Shown: piece after piece, positions 41,803-53,384 of the stretch
Layout of the letters: each line of letters begins with the position of its first letter
Numbering within the stretch: position 1 is the stretch's first letter
NCBI RefSeq assembly: GCF_009914755.1
Contig: NC_060931.1
DNA length: 64,000 nucleotides
From: the human T2T-CHM13v2.0 reference genome, Homo sapiens
Strand: one strand, 5' to 3'
The notes under the pieces: model-generated
Told to the model about the DNA's origin: nothing
Databases searched by the model: none
What the model saw: only the letters and a program-made list of their open reading frames with translations
Position numbers and translations under genes: made by a program

Positions 41803-42506
41803 TAAGTAGCGCCAAGGAGAATAGATAAAAAGATTTTTGAAACTTAAGGGTATATTGGTAGAATTATTGTGAACAGAAGCAGTCCATTTTCTGAAGTGGT
41901 TTCATGAATATACTCTATCATGAAGATATAGATATTGATATGAATGTATATATATTATATATCTATGTGTATATGTGAATATATGTAAAATGATCAAAAT
42001 AATTTATGCCTGGACTAACTTTCAAACTTCTTATTTTTATTATTTTTCTTAATCTCATATCTCAAAGAAACCAATTTCTACCAATTCTTGCTTTCATTAA
42101 AAAAATTCTAACAGTCTTAGCCATAATTGATTACTATTGTCCATTCATAAGCATTCCATTAAAAAAGAAAGAAACCAGGCTGTGGGTTTTAATTTAAATT
42201 TTCTTAGCTTAACAAATAAAATTTAAAAATTGAGTAAATTGTTCTTCGAATGCTTAAAAAGTAAGTTTTTATTATTTCCAATGTAATGGGTGCTACTTCT
42301 TCCTTCAGTATCTTAGCGTGTTTGGTACAGAACAGAATGAGTTAACAACAGTAGCCTGTCTATGCCTCCTTTGTTCAAGTGACTGCAACTAACTGCAAAT
42401 TTTAGAGGTCCATGTTGAAACTCCAATAATCTAAAATAATTTAAAATGAATAATACATAATATTTATGAAAAAATAAAATGCATTTTATGCCAGATATAT
42501 ATTTTA

Positions 42507-42668
42507 ATGCATGTCGGCTACATGCTCAAGACTGTAGGGCACTCAAGAAGATACACTATGATGGCAAGCACATTACTCTGCCTGTGTCAAGGTTCCCCCT
42601 GATGATCAGATATATTACAGATGCATCAGTGATGTATTGTAAATCAATATCTTCAGATTGTCCATGGC
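42507..42668. repeat. unrecognised element, copy 2 of a direct-repeat pair
   Basis: aligns by hand to 39911-40074 at ~80% identity. Confidence 0.9.
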
Positions 42669-44384
42669 AATTCAACTGATTTGAGTTTCTGGCAAAAAAT
42701 GACTTGACTAACATATTGGTATTCTGGTTTCATGAAATGTTAATGGATTTTTTTTTTAAGAAAATGAATTTCTTGGAGGGAATTGAGTAACTTGACATTT
42801 CAGCTTTTTTAACATATTAGTGTACAATATGACAGTTTTCTTGATGAATATCAAAGAGAACAGTGCTGTATACTGGGTTTTCCCAATATATTTTTGGAAT
42901 AAAGGTATTTCTCAAATCTCTCTTTAGGAGGAAATTCTTGATGGCTGAGTAAACCACAGCCATGGGAGAAATACTGAATTACACCGTCTTGAGACTACTG
43001 GGAAGTGAAGCTAACAATATTTTGGGTTAAAATCAATCTCCAATCAATACACAAAGAAATCCCCACACACATTGTGGAGTCTCTGCTTTATTAATAATCT
43101 CTACTGTCTTACAAATAATATACTTTGGAACTTCTTCATGACAAAAACTTAGAATGTCCATCAAGAGAATATCATTAATTATTGAAAAAGAAGTACCAGA
43201 ATTTTACCTCTCATTATTAGAAATTTTTCTTCTGCTTTCTGCAGATTTTTGAATTATGGTATTTGTGTGTGTGTGTGTGGTGGCCCTTTTATTTTTGGAA
43301 CACATAAGACTAATTCACATCCTTTTATAGATTCGGAGTACGGAGATTCTTTATTTATCAACATTTTCTGAAACTAAGCTATTTCTCTTCTTTAAATTAT
43401 ACACTGTGTGATCCACATGAAGATTTGTAGGCCATAAAAGCATCATTAGTATACTGAGATGGTAACATGATAAATAGATCTCACACAGATAGATTTAACT
43501 TTTGCAACTCAGATCTCTCACAGGAAAATGGTACCTGCTCTGCCTACCTCACAGGGATGCCAGAAAACAAACATGAAAATAATGCAATATGTGTGAAAAT
43601 CTTTTGTAAATTGCAAAGCAGCCTACAAAGACAAAGAACTTTAATAATGATAATGATCATGACTCCCAACTGTACCTGATCACTTCTGGAAAATAGAACA
43701 GCTTATAAGTTAGCCAAAGACAAACATCCTCTGGCTCAAATAGAGATTGTGTCAAAGAATATGTTTCCTTTAAAACATAATTCATTTTAGGAAAACACTA
43801 GAGGAGAAAAATAAATATCGATATTGATGTTCAAGATATTTCTAAAAATTCAGAAATCAGCTCTTTAAGAATCTATGAATACAAAAAGAATTGAGATGAG
43901 TAATCTTTGTTTGTTTGTTTTTGGTCTGTTTTTCAACTATTTTTCTTCTTATAACATTGGAAGAGCACAAATCCCAAAACGGTATTTTTTTGAACGTTAT
44001 TGTGTTGTCCAAGGTAGAGTTATCTTAAGTGAAAAATCTCTGAAGCAGTAAAGAAAATATACTGAAAGTGCCTCAATGATCAGAATGTTTTCTTCTTGAG
44101 AAAGTTATATAGTACTTTTAAAAGTACAGGTCAGAGTATGTCTTTGCACTCAATTTTGATTTTTATATAAAATCCTAGATGTTTCTACCACAGCTGGATC
44201 TCTAAGGAAGTAGTTAAGAAAAGAAAAATGTAAGCGCAGATAACATATAGTTCTTTTTAGTCCCATAGGAAGCCATAGTGTCATGTTACTGAATAAAATA
44301 TTTTGAGGTTCACACAATTCACATATAAATCTGTCTTAAATATGATTAATATATTTAATATTTTTCAAAATAAACATGACGGTA

Positions 44385-44438
44385 TTAGGTTTGCCATTAA
44401 GTAATGGCAAAACAGCAATTACTTTTGCACCAACCTAA
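44385..44438. mobile_element. MADE1 (Hsmar1 MITE) with most of one TIR deleted
   Basis: ta|ttaggtttgccattaagtaatggcaaaacagcaattacttttgcaccaacctaa|ta; TA TSD on both sides. Confidence 0.9.
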
Positions 44439-44947
44439 TACTTTCTGATGATAAATTCAGACAATAAAAAAGGTAAAAGATTATTTAAAATCCATTTGTA
44501 TCTGTAAGTATATATAATTATTATTTTCATATAAAAACTTCAGGATTTTTTTCTACCATTTTTGATCAGTTTTACTTTAGAAAAATGAAATAATACTGTG
44601 CATAATCTTTTATAACTTGTTTGGCACTGAAGTACTTTTGTAGGTATTTTTGTGAACATCATAATTATGCAGCATAGTATTTAGTATGTATATCCAATTC
44701 TATTGTAATTAATAGTGTAATTTTTAATAAATTCCTTTTGGGCGTTTGAATGTTTTGATTTTTTTTAGTATAAAATCTAATTGGTGAACATTGTTAAACT
44801 AACATCTTTGTACTTTAGACAATTATTTATTTGGGTTAAAGTCCTAGACATGTAGTTGTTAAGCAATATTAAAATTGAACACATATAAAATTGTATACTT
44901 ATTGCTGGATCTTCATTAATAAATTGTAGCAATTTCTCCCCAATGAA

Positions 44948-45055
44948 AGCTAGATTTAACCATTTCACAATGTATATATACTTTAAAACATAGTATTGTA
45001 CACAATTAGTTATATAGAATTTTATGTGCCAATTTAAAATAAATACATTAATTTG
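44948..45055 (+). mobile_element. L1MA4/5-like 3' terminus lying within older antisense L1M remnants (~44550-45300)
   Basis: agctagatttaaccatttcacaatgtatatatactttaaaacat..ttgtacac..caatttaaaataaa. Confidence 0.7.
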
Positions 45056-46189
45056 AAAAGTATGTGAGAATGGCCTTTAGCCCATCCTTTTATCATTATG
45101 AAAGTGTTAACAAGAATGTTTTTTTCTTTCCCAGTCAGATGCAGAAAATGTGAAATCTCATTAGCTCAGTCTGCATTTATTTTATTAATAATGAGGTTGA
45201 ACATCTTTTTATGTTTATCAGCCATTCTTTTGCTGTGTGTGAAATATGTTAATTTCTATTTTTTCTCTTTTTCATGTTAATTTGCTCATATTTTTCTAAT
45301 GGATATTAACACATAACTAGTTTAACATATTTTCTCATCTCTCTGTTTTTTCTACTTCTCTGTGTAACTAAATCACTATCTTTGCATTTCATTAAAAATC
45401 AAATACTCTTTTTATTCTGTAAATGACAGGAATCCCTAAGGGAGTGAGAACCAGCTCTGTAAAAGAGACCCTGATACACGTAAAATGAGACCCTAGTTGT
45501 ATCATGTCTGTGGCTAAGTGCCTCATGCCAAGGTGAAAGCATTCACGTTCATGTTTGGTTGAGTGTTTCTGAGAGTGTGGTCTTAGCCCTCCTTGCAGCA
45601 GAATTCATTGTGCTGACTGCTCCACAATAGATTCCTGTTCCCTCTGTATCCTTGTTATTTCCAGGGACAGGCCTAGAACCTGCATTTAATAATTAGGTAT
45701 TTCTTATACCTGCTAAAGTTTGATAACCTGTAAGTTGAATAATTCTTCGGTATTAATCCCTAGATAAATTCAGGACATCATTTGAAGACTATTTTTTACG
45801 TTCAGTGCCCCCTCCTCCATGAATGGATCATTATGGAAAGAGATCCACCTTATATATTCAATACATTAAAACATTTAAGTAATTCAATAAAGTGATATTA
45901 TTGTTTTGTTAGATGAGAATAATATATCATCATATTTCCCTTGTCAGTATGGCTTCCAGTAAGTCCAAAATTAAAATCAATGCTCAGTTTAAGAAATCTC
46001 ATTGATTTACATTTCTTTAAACCACAAAGTACAACAAAACATTTGGGAAGCCAGGAAGAAATGAAAATAAATGTGCACTTCCCAAGCAACCTAACATAAC
46101 AGGATATTAAAATGGGCTCCTCTCTTTCTAGCTGGACTAAGGCTTCCAAGATTGAGAACAATACAGTAGTTCTCAGAGTCTTAGATGAG

Positions 46190-46443
46190 TAATAGCTAAC
46201 ATTTTCAGTGCTCATTACATGCCAGGCACTCTGCTAAGACCTCTAAATTTATTAACCCCTCAAATGATTTGATGAGGTAGAATACTATTATTTACTATTA
46301 TTTCCATTCACAAATTAGAATGTTAGGCATAGAGAGTTTCAGTAACTTCCTCATGGTTATTAAGCAGTCTGCTAGGAAAGCTGGGATTTAAACACAGGCC
46401 ACTGGGCTCCAGAGCACGTGCTCTTAGCTACCAATCCATGCTG
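46190..46443 (-). mobile_element. MIR, near full length
   Basis: taatagctaacatt..atgccaggcactctgctaag..gctgggatttaaacacagg..ctccagagc..gctcttagctacc. Confidence 0.85.
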
Positions 46444-46564
46444 GATACTTTATATCCTGGGAGATTATAAAATTAGTGCCAGTGGCATTAGCCCATGAAG
46501 ACAAAAATATATATTTGGGTGAGTAAGAAGATTCTTAAGGCTAATGATGAGGAATTCATTATTC

Positions 46565-47480
46565 AGAGAAGAATTATATTCCCTTTAATTTTTCATGGTA
46601 AAATTGTGTGTAGACTTCTCCTTCACCTTAAATAAGGAAGAAGTTTAAAGTGAACCTCTTGGAAACTGTAATATATATTCCCAGCTGTTGGAGGGTTATA
46701 CAGAGATTAGTGTCAATTTTCATCAAGAGAAAATGAAACAGAAAAGACTACTGGAGTGGTTTTCCTGGCCACAGAGTGAAGAGGGAGGATCTGCATCCCA
46801 ATTGAAAGGTGGCTGCGGGTCCCTTTATCTTGCAGGCTGTATGAGAGAGTTATGTTTGGAAGCTGACTGTGGCCCATTTGCCATCCTAAAAGGGACTTGC
46901 TCCTGGAGAATGGCTGAAACAGAAGTTACCCAGGAAAGGAGTAGGAAGCCAGCTTGGAAGAAAGCAGCTTTCTGAAGGAGACATTGACCATAGTAAGGGA
47001 ATAGTTATATGGAAGATGACCTATAGGAAATGTTCCTTAGAAACCCCAGATGAACCCCAAGAAGGAACTAGAGAGGGGGCATCTGTCACATCTGCCTATG
47101 ATGCAACTGACAACCACTCCAGCTCCATGAAACTTTGCTCATCTTCGTGAATCTTCTATTTCTCCTTGTTCTGACCCCTGAAGGTTAGAAATAGCATCAT
47201 GAAGGATAAAAGGGGTGAAATGAATACGAGAGAAGACACATCTCCAAATACAGCATTACGAGACTGGGACTGGCCCATGCTGAGGAGAGGGGACGCCTTT
47301 AAAGAATACATTGAACATTTTTAATAAGAATGAATTTGATTCCTTCTTTTCATTTTAACTAGAAAACAAAATGACTATTTACTTTTTCAGAATGACAGGA
47401 ATAACTAAGAAACATGAGGTGATTTTTATACCAAGGTAGAGAAGATCATCCCTACAAAGCGTCTAGGGGGTGTCTTATTA
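46565..47480 (+). mobile_element. possible ancient LTR (LTR78/MamGyp-like)
   Basis: aattatattccctttaatttttcatg start and purine-rich body; family from memory only. Confidence 0.3.
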
Positions 47481-48644
47481 CTAAAGAAACAATCATCTAA
47501 GCAGTCTTATCCCAATCTTCCTGTATTTTAGGAACTGAACGACCAAAGTTTATGAAATTCTTTTATTAGTTTTGTGTAAAACTGGGATATAGCTTATACT
47601 TCTGAAGAAGTGTTACATCAGCTACTTTTAAACTCACTCATTTCTATTTTCTGTATAGAAGCAGGGGAGCACATTTCATAAGTTGTCCCTTCTTCAGAAT
47701 CTTGTCTGCCCTCCTTATAAAGGGAAGTTCATGTATCTGAGATCTTTGATTTGTGGGAACATAAAAATCAAATTGACTTTATGCAGCATTTTTATAGAGA
47801 ATTATGTTTTTTGAAAGCCCAATATCAAAGTCTGCTTTGTTCTAATTTAAAAGATAATCAAAATATCTTCAACACTATGGGAAGTCTCCCAGTAAACATG
47901 GATTTATATTTAGCACAATTTATTTGAAAACCAGAAAGTCTGCCAAAGTGGTATAAACGTTAACTTATTTTGATTTTAGAAGACAGATATTAGTGAGAAG
48001 TAATAAAATATTGCCAGCCTTCATAGGCAACTCATCATCACTGTTAAAACTAAATAAGAAGAAAAGACCCAGTTATGCCTAACATGGACCGATGTTGGTT
48101 GAAAGGTAGATAGACCCCATAATTGGCTAGCCACATTTGAAGGCTATAATCATAGAAGATGGGTGAAGGAAATGCACAACACCAAATTTGCAACATAGAC
48201 TCATTTGACGAAGGGGAAAATATGGGACATTTTAAGGAAAATGTCAGAGGAAATTGCTTGATAGTATGAACTACTTATGTGTGATTCTTAAGAAAATTGT
48301 CTCCTTAGGAAATTGTGTTCTCAAAATGTCTTAAATAAAAATAGACGTAACTGAATATTCTATATTGTGGTCAGACATTAGAAAACTTGTTTTTACCTGT
48401 CATAACTCCTCATTCTCCTGAGGAAGACTTAGGATTTGTCTGAGTTTGAGGGTTCTGGAGACGTACTCAACCTGTTTCCCATTCAAGCCTGATAACACGA
48501 ATCTTAGGCTAAGACCCCATTAAAACCTAATTGGATAATTTTGTACATGAATAACTAAATGCAAATTCAAATGCAGATAGCATATATAAACTGCATAAAG
48601 GCAAGGTGATATTACCTATATGATTATTACATGCATATAACAAT

Positions 48645-48778
48645 CTCCACTTATTCACTGAGAGTTTATTGAAATAAACTCAATACTGTTCTCTTCATGG
48701 GAAGGATAAGGAAGTCCTAGCTTTCAATGTGCTGAAAGGCCTGTAGGGAAAAGAAAATAACAGGAATGAGAACACACG

Positions 48779-48816
<38 letters not shown>

Positions 48817-49070
48817 GATGCAATGAGTAATTAAGTGCTACATTATAGAACACAAGACTATAGGTGTTCAGAAAAAAATAAATCAGTGAGAACTGGAATA
48901 CTGCAGAGGAATTTTCTGAAAACAAAACAAAACAAAACAAAGATGCTATCTTGAAGTGTGCCTTGAAAAGTGAGTAAGTTATAGAAAACCAGACTGGAAG
49001 TGAGGAAATTTCAAGAAAGAGAAATAAAATCCCACAGGTCCAATGGAGGAAATGACAAGGAAACTGGACT
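48645..49070 (-). mobile_element. L2 3' region with internal (CA)n at 48772-48812
   Basis: ttattcactgagagtttattgaa tail and gatgctatcttgaagtgtgccttgaaaagtgagtaag. Confidence 0.55.
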
Positions 49071-49076
49071 AGGGAA

Positions 49077-49327
49077 GCAGCATAGCACAGTGGCTACAAA
49101 CAGAGTCAGGAGCCAGATTTACCTGAGAGTCTCAGCTCCACTACCTACTGCTGTGACCTTAGGTATTATGTCATCATTCTGTACACACTTCCATTGTCAG
49201 TAAAATGGAGGTAAACTATCATATCAATTTTTTATGTGAGCAGTTTTGAGAATTAATGAGTTGATATATGTATAAACTTATGCTAGGACTCAGTACCTAG
49301 AAAGCATCCAACAATATTGTTATTATT
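49077..49327 (+). mobile_element. MIR
   Basis: gcagcatagcacagtggcta..ggagccagatttacctg..gctgtgaccttagg..gtaaaatggagg..gaattaatgagttgatatatgta. Confidence 0.85.
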
Positions 49328-49384
49328 GTTGTGCAATGGTAGAAGATGTAATTGTCATGGCTAGAATGAAGCCAAATTATGTAA

Positions 49385-49640
49385 CAATAGCAAATGCCAC
49401 TTGTTATAGACTAACTGAGCAATAGACCCTAGGCTCAATGCTTCGTGTACATTTTCTTCCTTATTCCCAACCACAGTGCTGAGAGGGAAACATCATTTCT
49501 CTCACTTTAGAGAGGAAGAGGCTGAGATTTCAAGAAGCAATTTTCTTAAGAATTCCACTGCTGGTAAAATACAGCCAAAGATTTGCAGTCAGATCTTTTG
49601 GCCTATGCACCAGTGTTTTTATCTGCTGCATTATAATGCC
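49385..49640 (-). mobile_element. MIR
   Basis: cactttagagaggaagaggctgagatttcaaga..ctgctggtaaaatacagccaaagatttg. Confidence 0.55.
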
Positions 49641-52265
49641 TTAACCTAAATCTAAGAGGGCCCTGAGATTTAGGCAGGGGGCGTGTATCTCAGACCGAAA
49701 TTTACTGGATGGGTTTGAAGCAGAAAAGAGTTCATATTCTGGAAAACCAGCCAGGTGGCAGCTGGAGGCTGTTGGAATACTCTAGGAAGGGAGGTAAATG
49801 AGCTTCTTGTCTATTGGCAGTGCTGAGACCTGCAAAGGCGGAACCAGGATGCTAGATTGGTTCACCACAAATTTTTCACACTAATTTTCAAATAAAATTT
49901 ACACTATTTTAGTCTGGGCCCTGAAGATGAGACTTCAGTTAAGTATGACTCTTGTTTGTAGAGCCCACCTGACTAAGGATATGGTTGCTTCTGAAAGGCC
50001 AACACTGAGAAAGCCTGCAAAAGGGACCTAGGTTCCTTTCACATAAGGCCAGGGTTAAGAGAGTCTGGTGTTAGCCCATATACTTTTCACAGTGCTGGCT
50101 GGGTGCATCTACCATTGCCTTCATGAGACTGGTAATGAGCTTTCCTGTTACCTTGTATTGCATTTCACTTGCCCCATGGGAGCTCATGTTCACGTTCTCT
50201 GAGCTGTGTTCCATACAAAAGTCACTTAAGAAATAACAAAGTTGTCCTGGAAGACAGTGATTGCTCCTAATACAGTTGAGAATTCTATGCTTTGTAGCCT
50301 TAGACCCTTTACAAGCAAATAGTAGAAATAAACGTCATGGCTAATGCACTTCGGTAATATAAAAGGTTTCTACAAGGAAAATACTGCTAACAGTAAACTG
50401 TTTATATATAGAAAAGATAAATCATAATGGAGTGGTAATTTCAGTTTATTTTGTATCTCATTGTGTCTCTCCTTGGGGAACTCCAAGTGCTCTAAAGACA
50501 CTATCTCATTACTATTTTGAGTACCTCTGAAAAATATGCAGAAAGCATTTTCTCCAATTTTTGTTTAAGGATCTAAGTCACGGAATTTATGCAGCTTTTC
50601 AGTGGATGAAAGTGGATTACTCCTTTTCACAGAGAGGATTGTTTCAGTGAATGGCTGATTGTCTGGTAAGATTAGTCACCCAATTTAAGAAAAACAAAAA
50701 AAGAACACTGTCCCCAACAAAAACAAATAAGCAAACAAAAAATACCCTGTTAATCTATTTCAATACATGTTTTGGCAACATTTTGTAGACTTGTTTGAAC
50801 GTCATAAATACAGCCAGGAACAGAATGTGTTTTTCTGACTTTATCTGCTAAGTAACCAACCACATTGTTAGGTGAAAGTTGTTGATAAGTAAGATGAAAT
50901 TTTTAAGAAAAAAATTAGGAGACTTGAGGTTTCCAGATAAATGTGTAAAACAGTGGGAATGGAGCTGCTTTTTTCTGTTTTCTGCTATCTCAGTGAGGCC
51001 AACCCTAATCAATGACATATCAACATCCCTAACAGAGCATAATCTCTGCATCCAGAAACAATGAATGAAGAATGGTAGATCACTTCCTTAGAGTTTCTAA
51101 GGAAATTGTAACAGAGCCTACTAACTCTTTCAGGCATGTGACTCCCTAAAGCACCTACCTCTTCATGCATAGCTGGAGGGTTTGATGTTGCTGCTTCTCT
51201 GCCCACCTTTCCCACAGCGTTCCTGCTTCCCCAATTTCCTGCCTTGACTCAGTTGAATAGATTCAGGAATTACTTAAGTTGCAGCATAGTTCTGGAAGAT
51301 GCTAGTGCTTGTCTTCTTGGTTGATCCTTTTGGGTAAATTCTTTGTAGAACAACTTAACTCATCTTTATTACCAGATATAATAACCCATATTTTATTGCT
51401 CTTAATTTTATGTATAACCAAACATCCTGTTTTTTTTTTAACCGTCTTTCAAAGAGAAAATGTTTTTGAGCTACTATGTACTGTGAATGCTGATCTCTGG
51501 CTAATAATTAGGAAAGGTAATGTGCCTGTTATTTTTGGTCAGTTTTATTGCATTGACCTTACTCCTTTCAATAAATATCTCAGTGGTGGAAAAAGAGATA
51601 TTTGAACCGTAAATTCTACATTAGTGTTTTGTTAAATCGTTCTACATAGGCACTAGTTTTCAGCTACAAAGTGATTAGAAAATATTCGTTGTATTTGGTC
51701 ATTAATGAACTATTTCAAAGCGAATCAAGACCAAGCTCAAGCATCCATCACCATTTCTTTTCCATGACTGACTTACAATAGAAATCTACAGATGTTAATC
51801 ACCAAGATACTTTTCCTGATTTGTAAAACCTGAGAAAGTTGGGCATTCTCTTATGGCTGCTTTAATTTGCATATTTCCATATAGTGTAAAGCCTAACAGA
51901 AGCCAAGAAATTGCTTAATTATTTGCTGATCTTGAATACAGCCCAAATGTTGCTTGAAATGTCTATGCAATTGTCTTCTCTGCATGATCACCTACTAAGT
52001 CTGCTCCATGACTCCTCCTTCACATCTACTGATAGTCAGATTTTCTTCTGTTTGTATCAAGATTTCATGTGATTTATCACATTTTTTTACTTTAAAACAT
52101 TATAATTGAGTAATATTTGTTTTAGCTTATGTAGCTATTTCCTATCACTTTACAAAGGTCTTTGTTAGGTTGTAAATTTTTTTAACTACACAAGCCATTA
52201 GATGTGTACATACTCTTACATCTTTCTTGTTCTTTCCATAAAACGTGTCCTATCTGATGCACAAG

Positions 52266-52371
52266 GATGATATTAAGGTGAAAGCTTTTTATCATCTAAT
52301 TTTCATTTTACTTTCACAGTCAGACTGGATTTTCAATATATTTTTGTTATAAAAAACTATTACATATCTCT
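52266..52371. repeat. 106-bp unique segment, donor of the copy at 53835-53940
   Basis: 101/106 identical, no gaps. Confidence 0.95.
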
Positions 52372-52949
52372 TGTCTACTTTAGGCATCATTCCACCTATT
52401 CCTGTATAACAGGAAATGCGAATAGGCCTCTCACTAGCTTAGATGAATGTTCTATAAGAGAGAAGACAAGATCAGTTATTTTTATATTTCTAAACACATT
52501 TGAGACTGGTTAAAAGAATATAAAGCTATCTTTTGGCTTAATATTCTTTATTGATAGATCAGATAAAGTAGAAAACTGAGAAATAGCAAAAATTTATGTT
52601 TTTGAATTTCTTAACCTTCAAAAATATTTCAAAATTTATAAACTTTGAATTTATTTGTAGCTTGCTAACATCATGTCCTGAAAACTAACAATATAGCTGT
52701 AGATATAATGTTGATTATTAGAATTTATAAGATTTTTAGTATAACTTCAAATATTTTAAATATTCTTCTTTGCTTCCTATTGAAGAGAAAGCAAGCTCAG
52801 GCATGAGTATCTCTTTTAGTTGAAGATCTCTTGCCTGTTTGTGTTGTGTGCAGCCTAATTAATTCCATTGAAAAGAATACTTACCATATTCACTGTATTC
52901 AGGTAAGAATGCTATTTCTTTGTGTGTGTATTTTTTTGAGGGGGTCTCA

Positions 52950-53332
52950 ATTTCTTTACTGTGATAAAATATGAATAATATAACATTTGTTACTTTAATA
53001 ATTGTTGAATGTACAATTCAATGGCATTAAGTTCATTCACATTTTTGTGCATTTATCACTACTCTCTATGTCAAGAAATTTTTCATCTTTCTAAACTGAA
53101 ACTCTGGATTCATAATACAATAATTCCCCTGCCACCTTTCCCCCAGCTTTTAATAAGCACTATTCTACTTTATCTGTATAACTTGATGATTCTAGGTGCT
53201 TCACATCAGTGGAATTCTACAAATCATACAATCATTTTGTATCTGGCTTATTTCACTTAGCATAATGTTTTCAAGGGTCATTTTTGTTGTAGGATGTATC
53301 AGAATTTTTTCTTTTTAAGGCTGAATTATATT
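52950..53332 (-). mobile_element. L1MB-type 3' end (left piece)
   Basis: tgtacaattcaatggcattaagttcattcaca..tggcttatttcacttagcataatgttttcaag..tttttaaggctgaat. Confidence 0.85.
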
Positions 53333-53339
53333 TGTGTGT

Positions 53340-53376
<37 letters not shown>

Positions 53377-53384
53377 CACGTGTG
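53333..53384. repeat. (TG)n/(CG)n alternating purine-pyrimidine tract
   Basis: read directly. Confidence 0.95.

Noticed and set aside
39911-42668. The direct-repeat pair as two LTRs of one retroelement
   Set aside because: No TSD, PBS or polypurine tract; the interior is ordinary DNA containing ancient L2/MIR.
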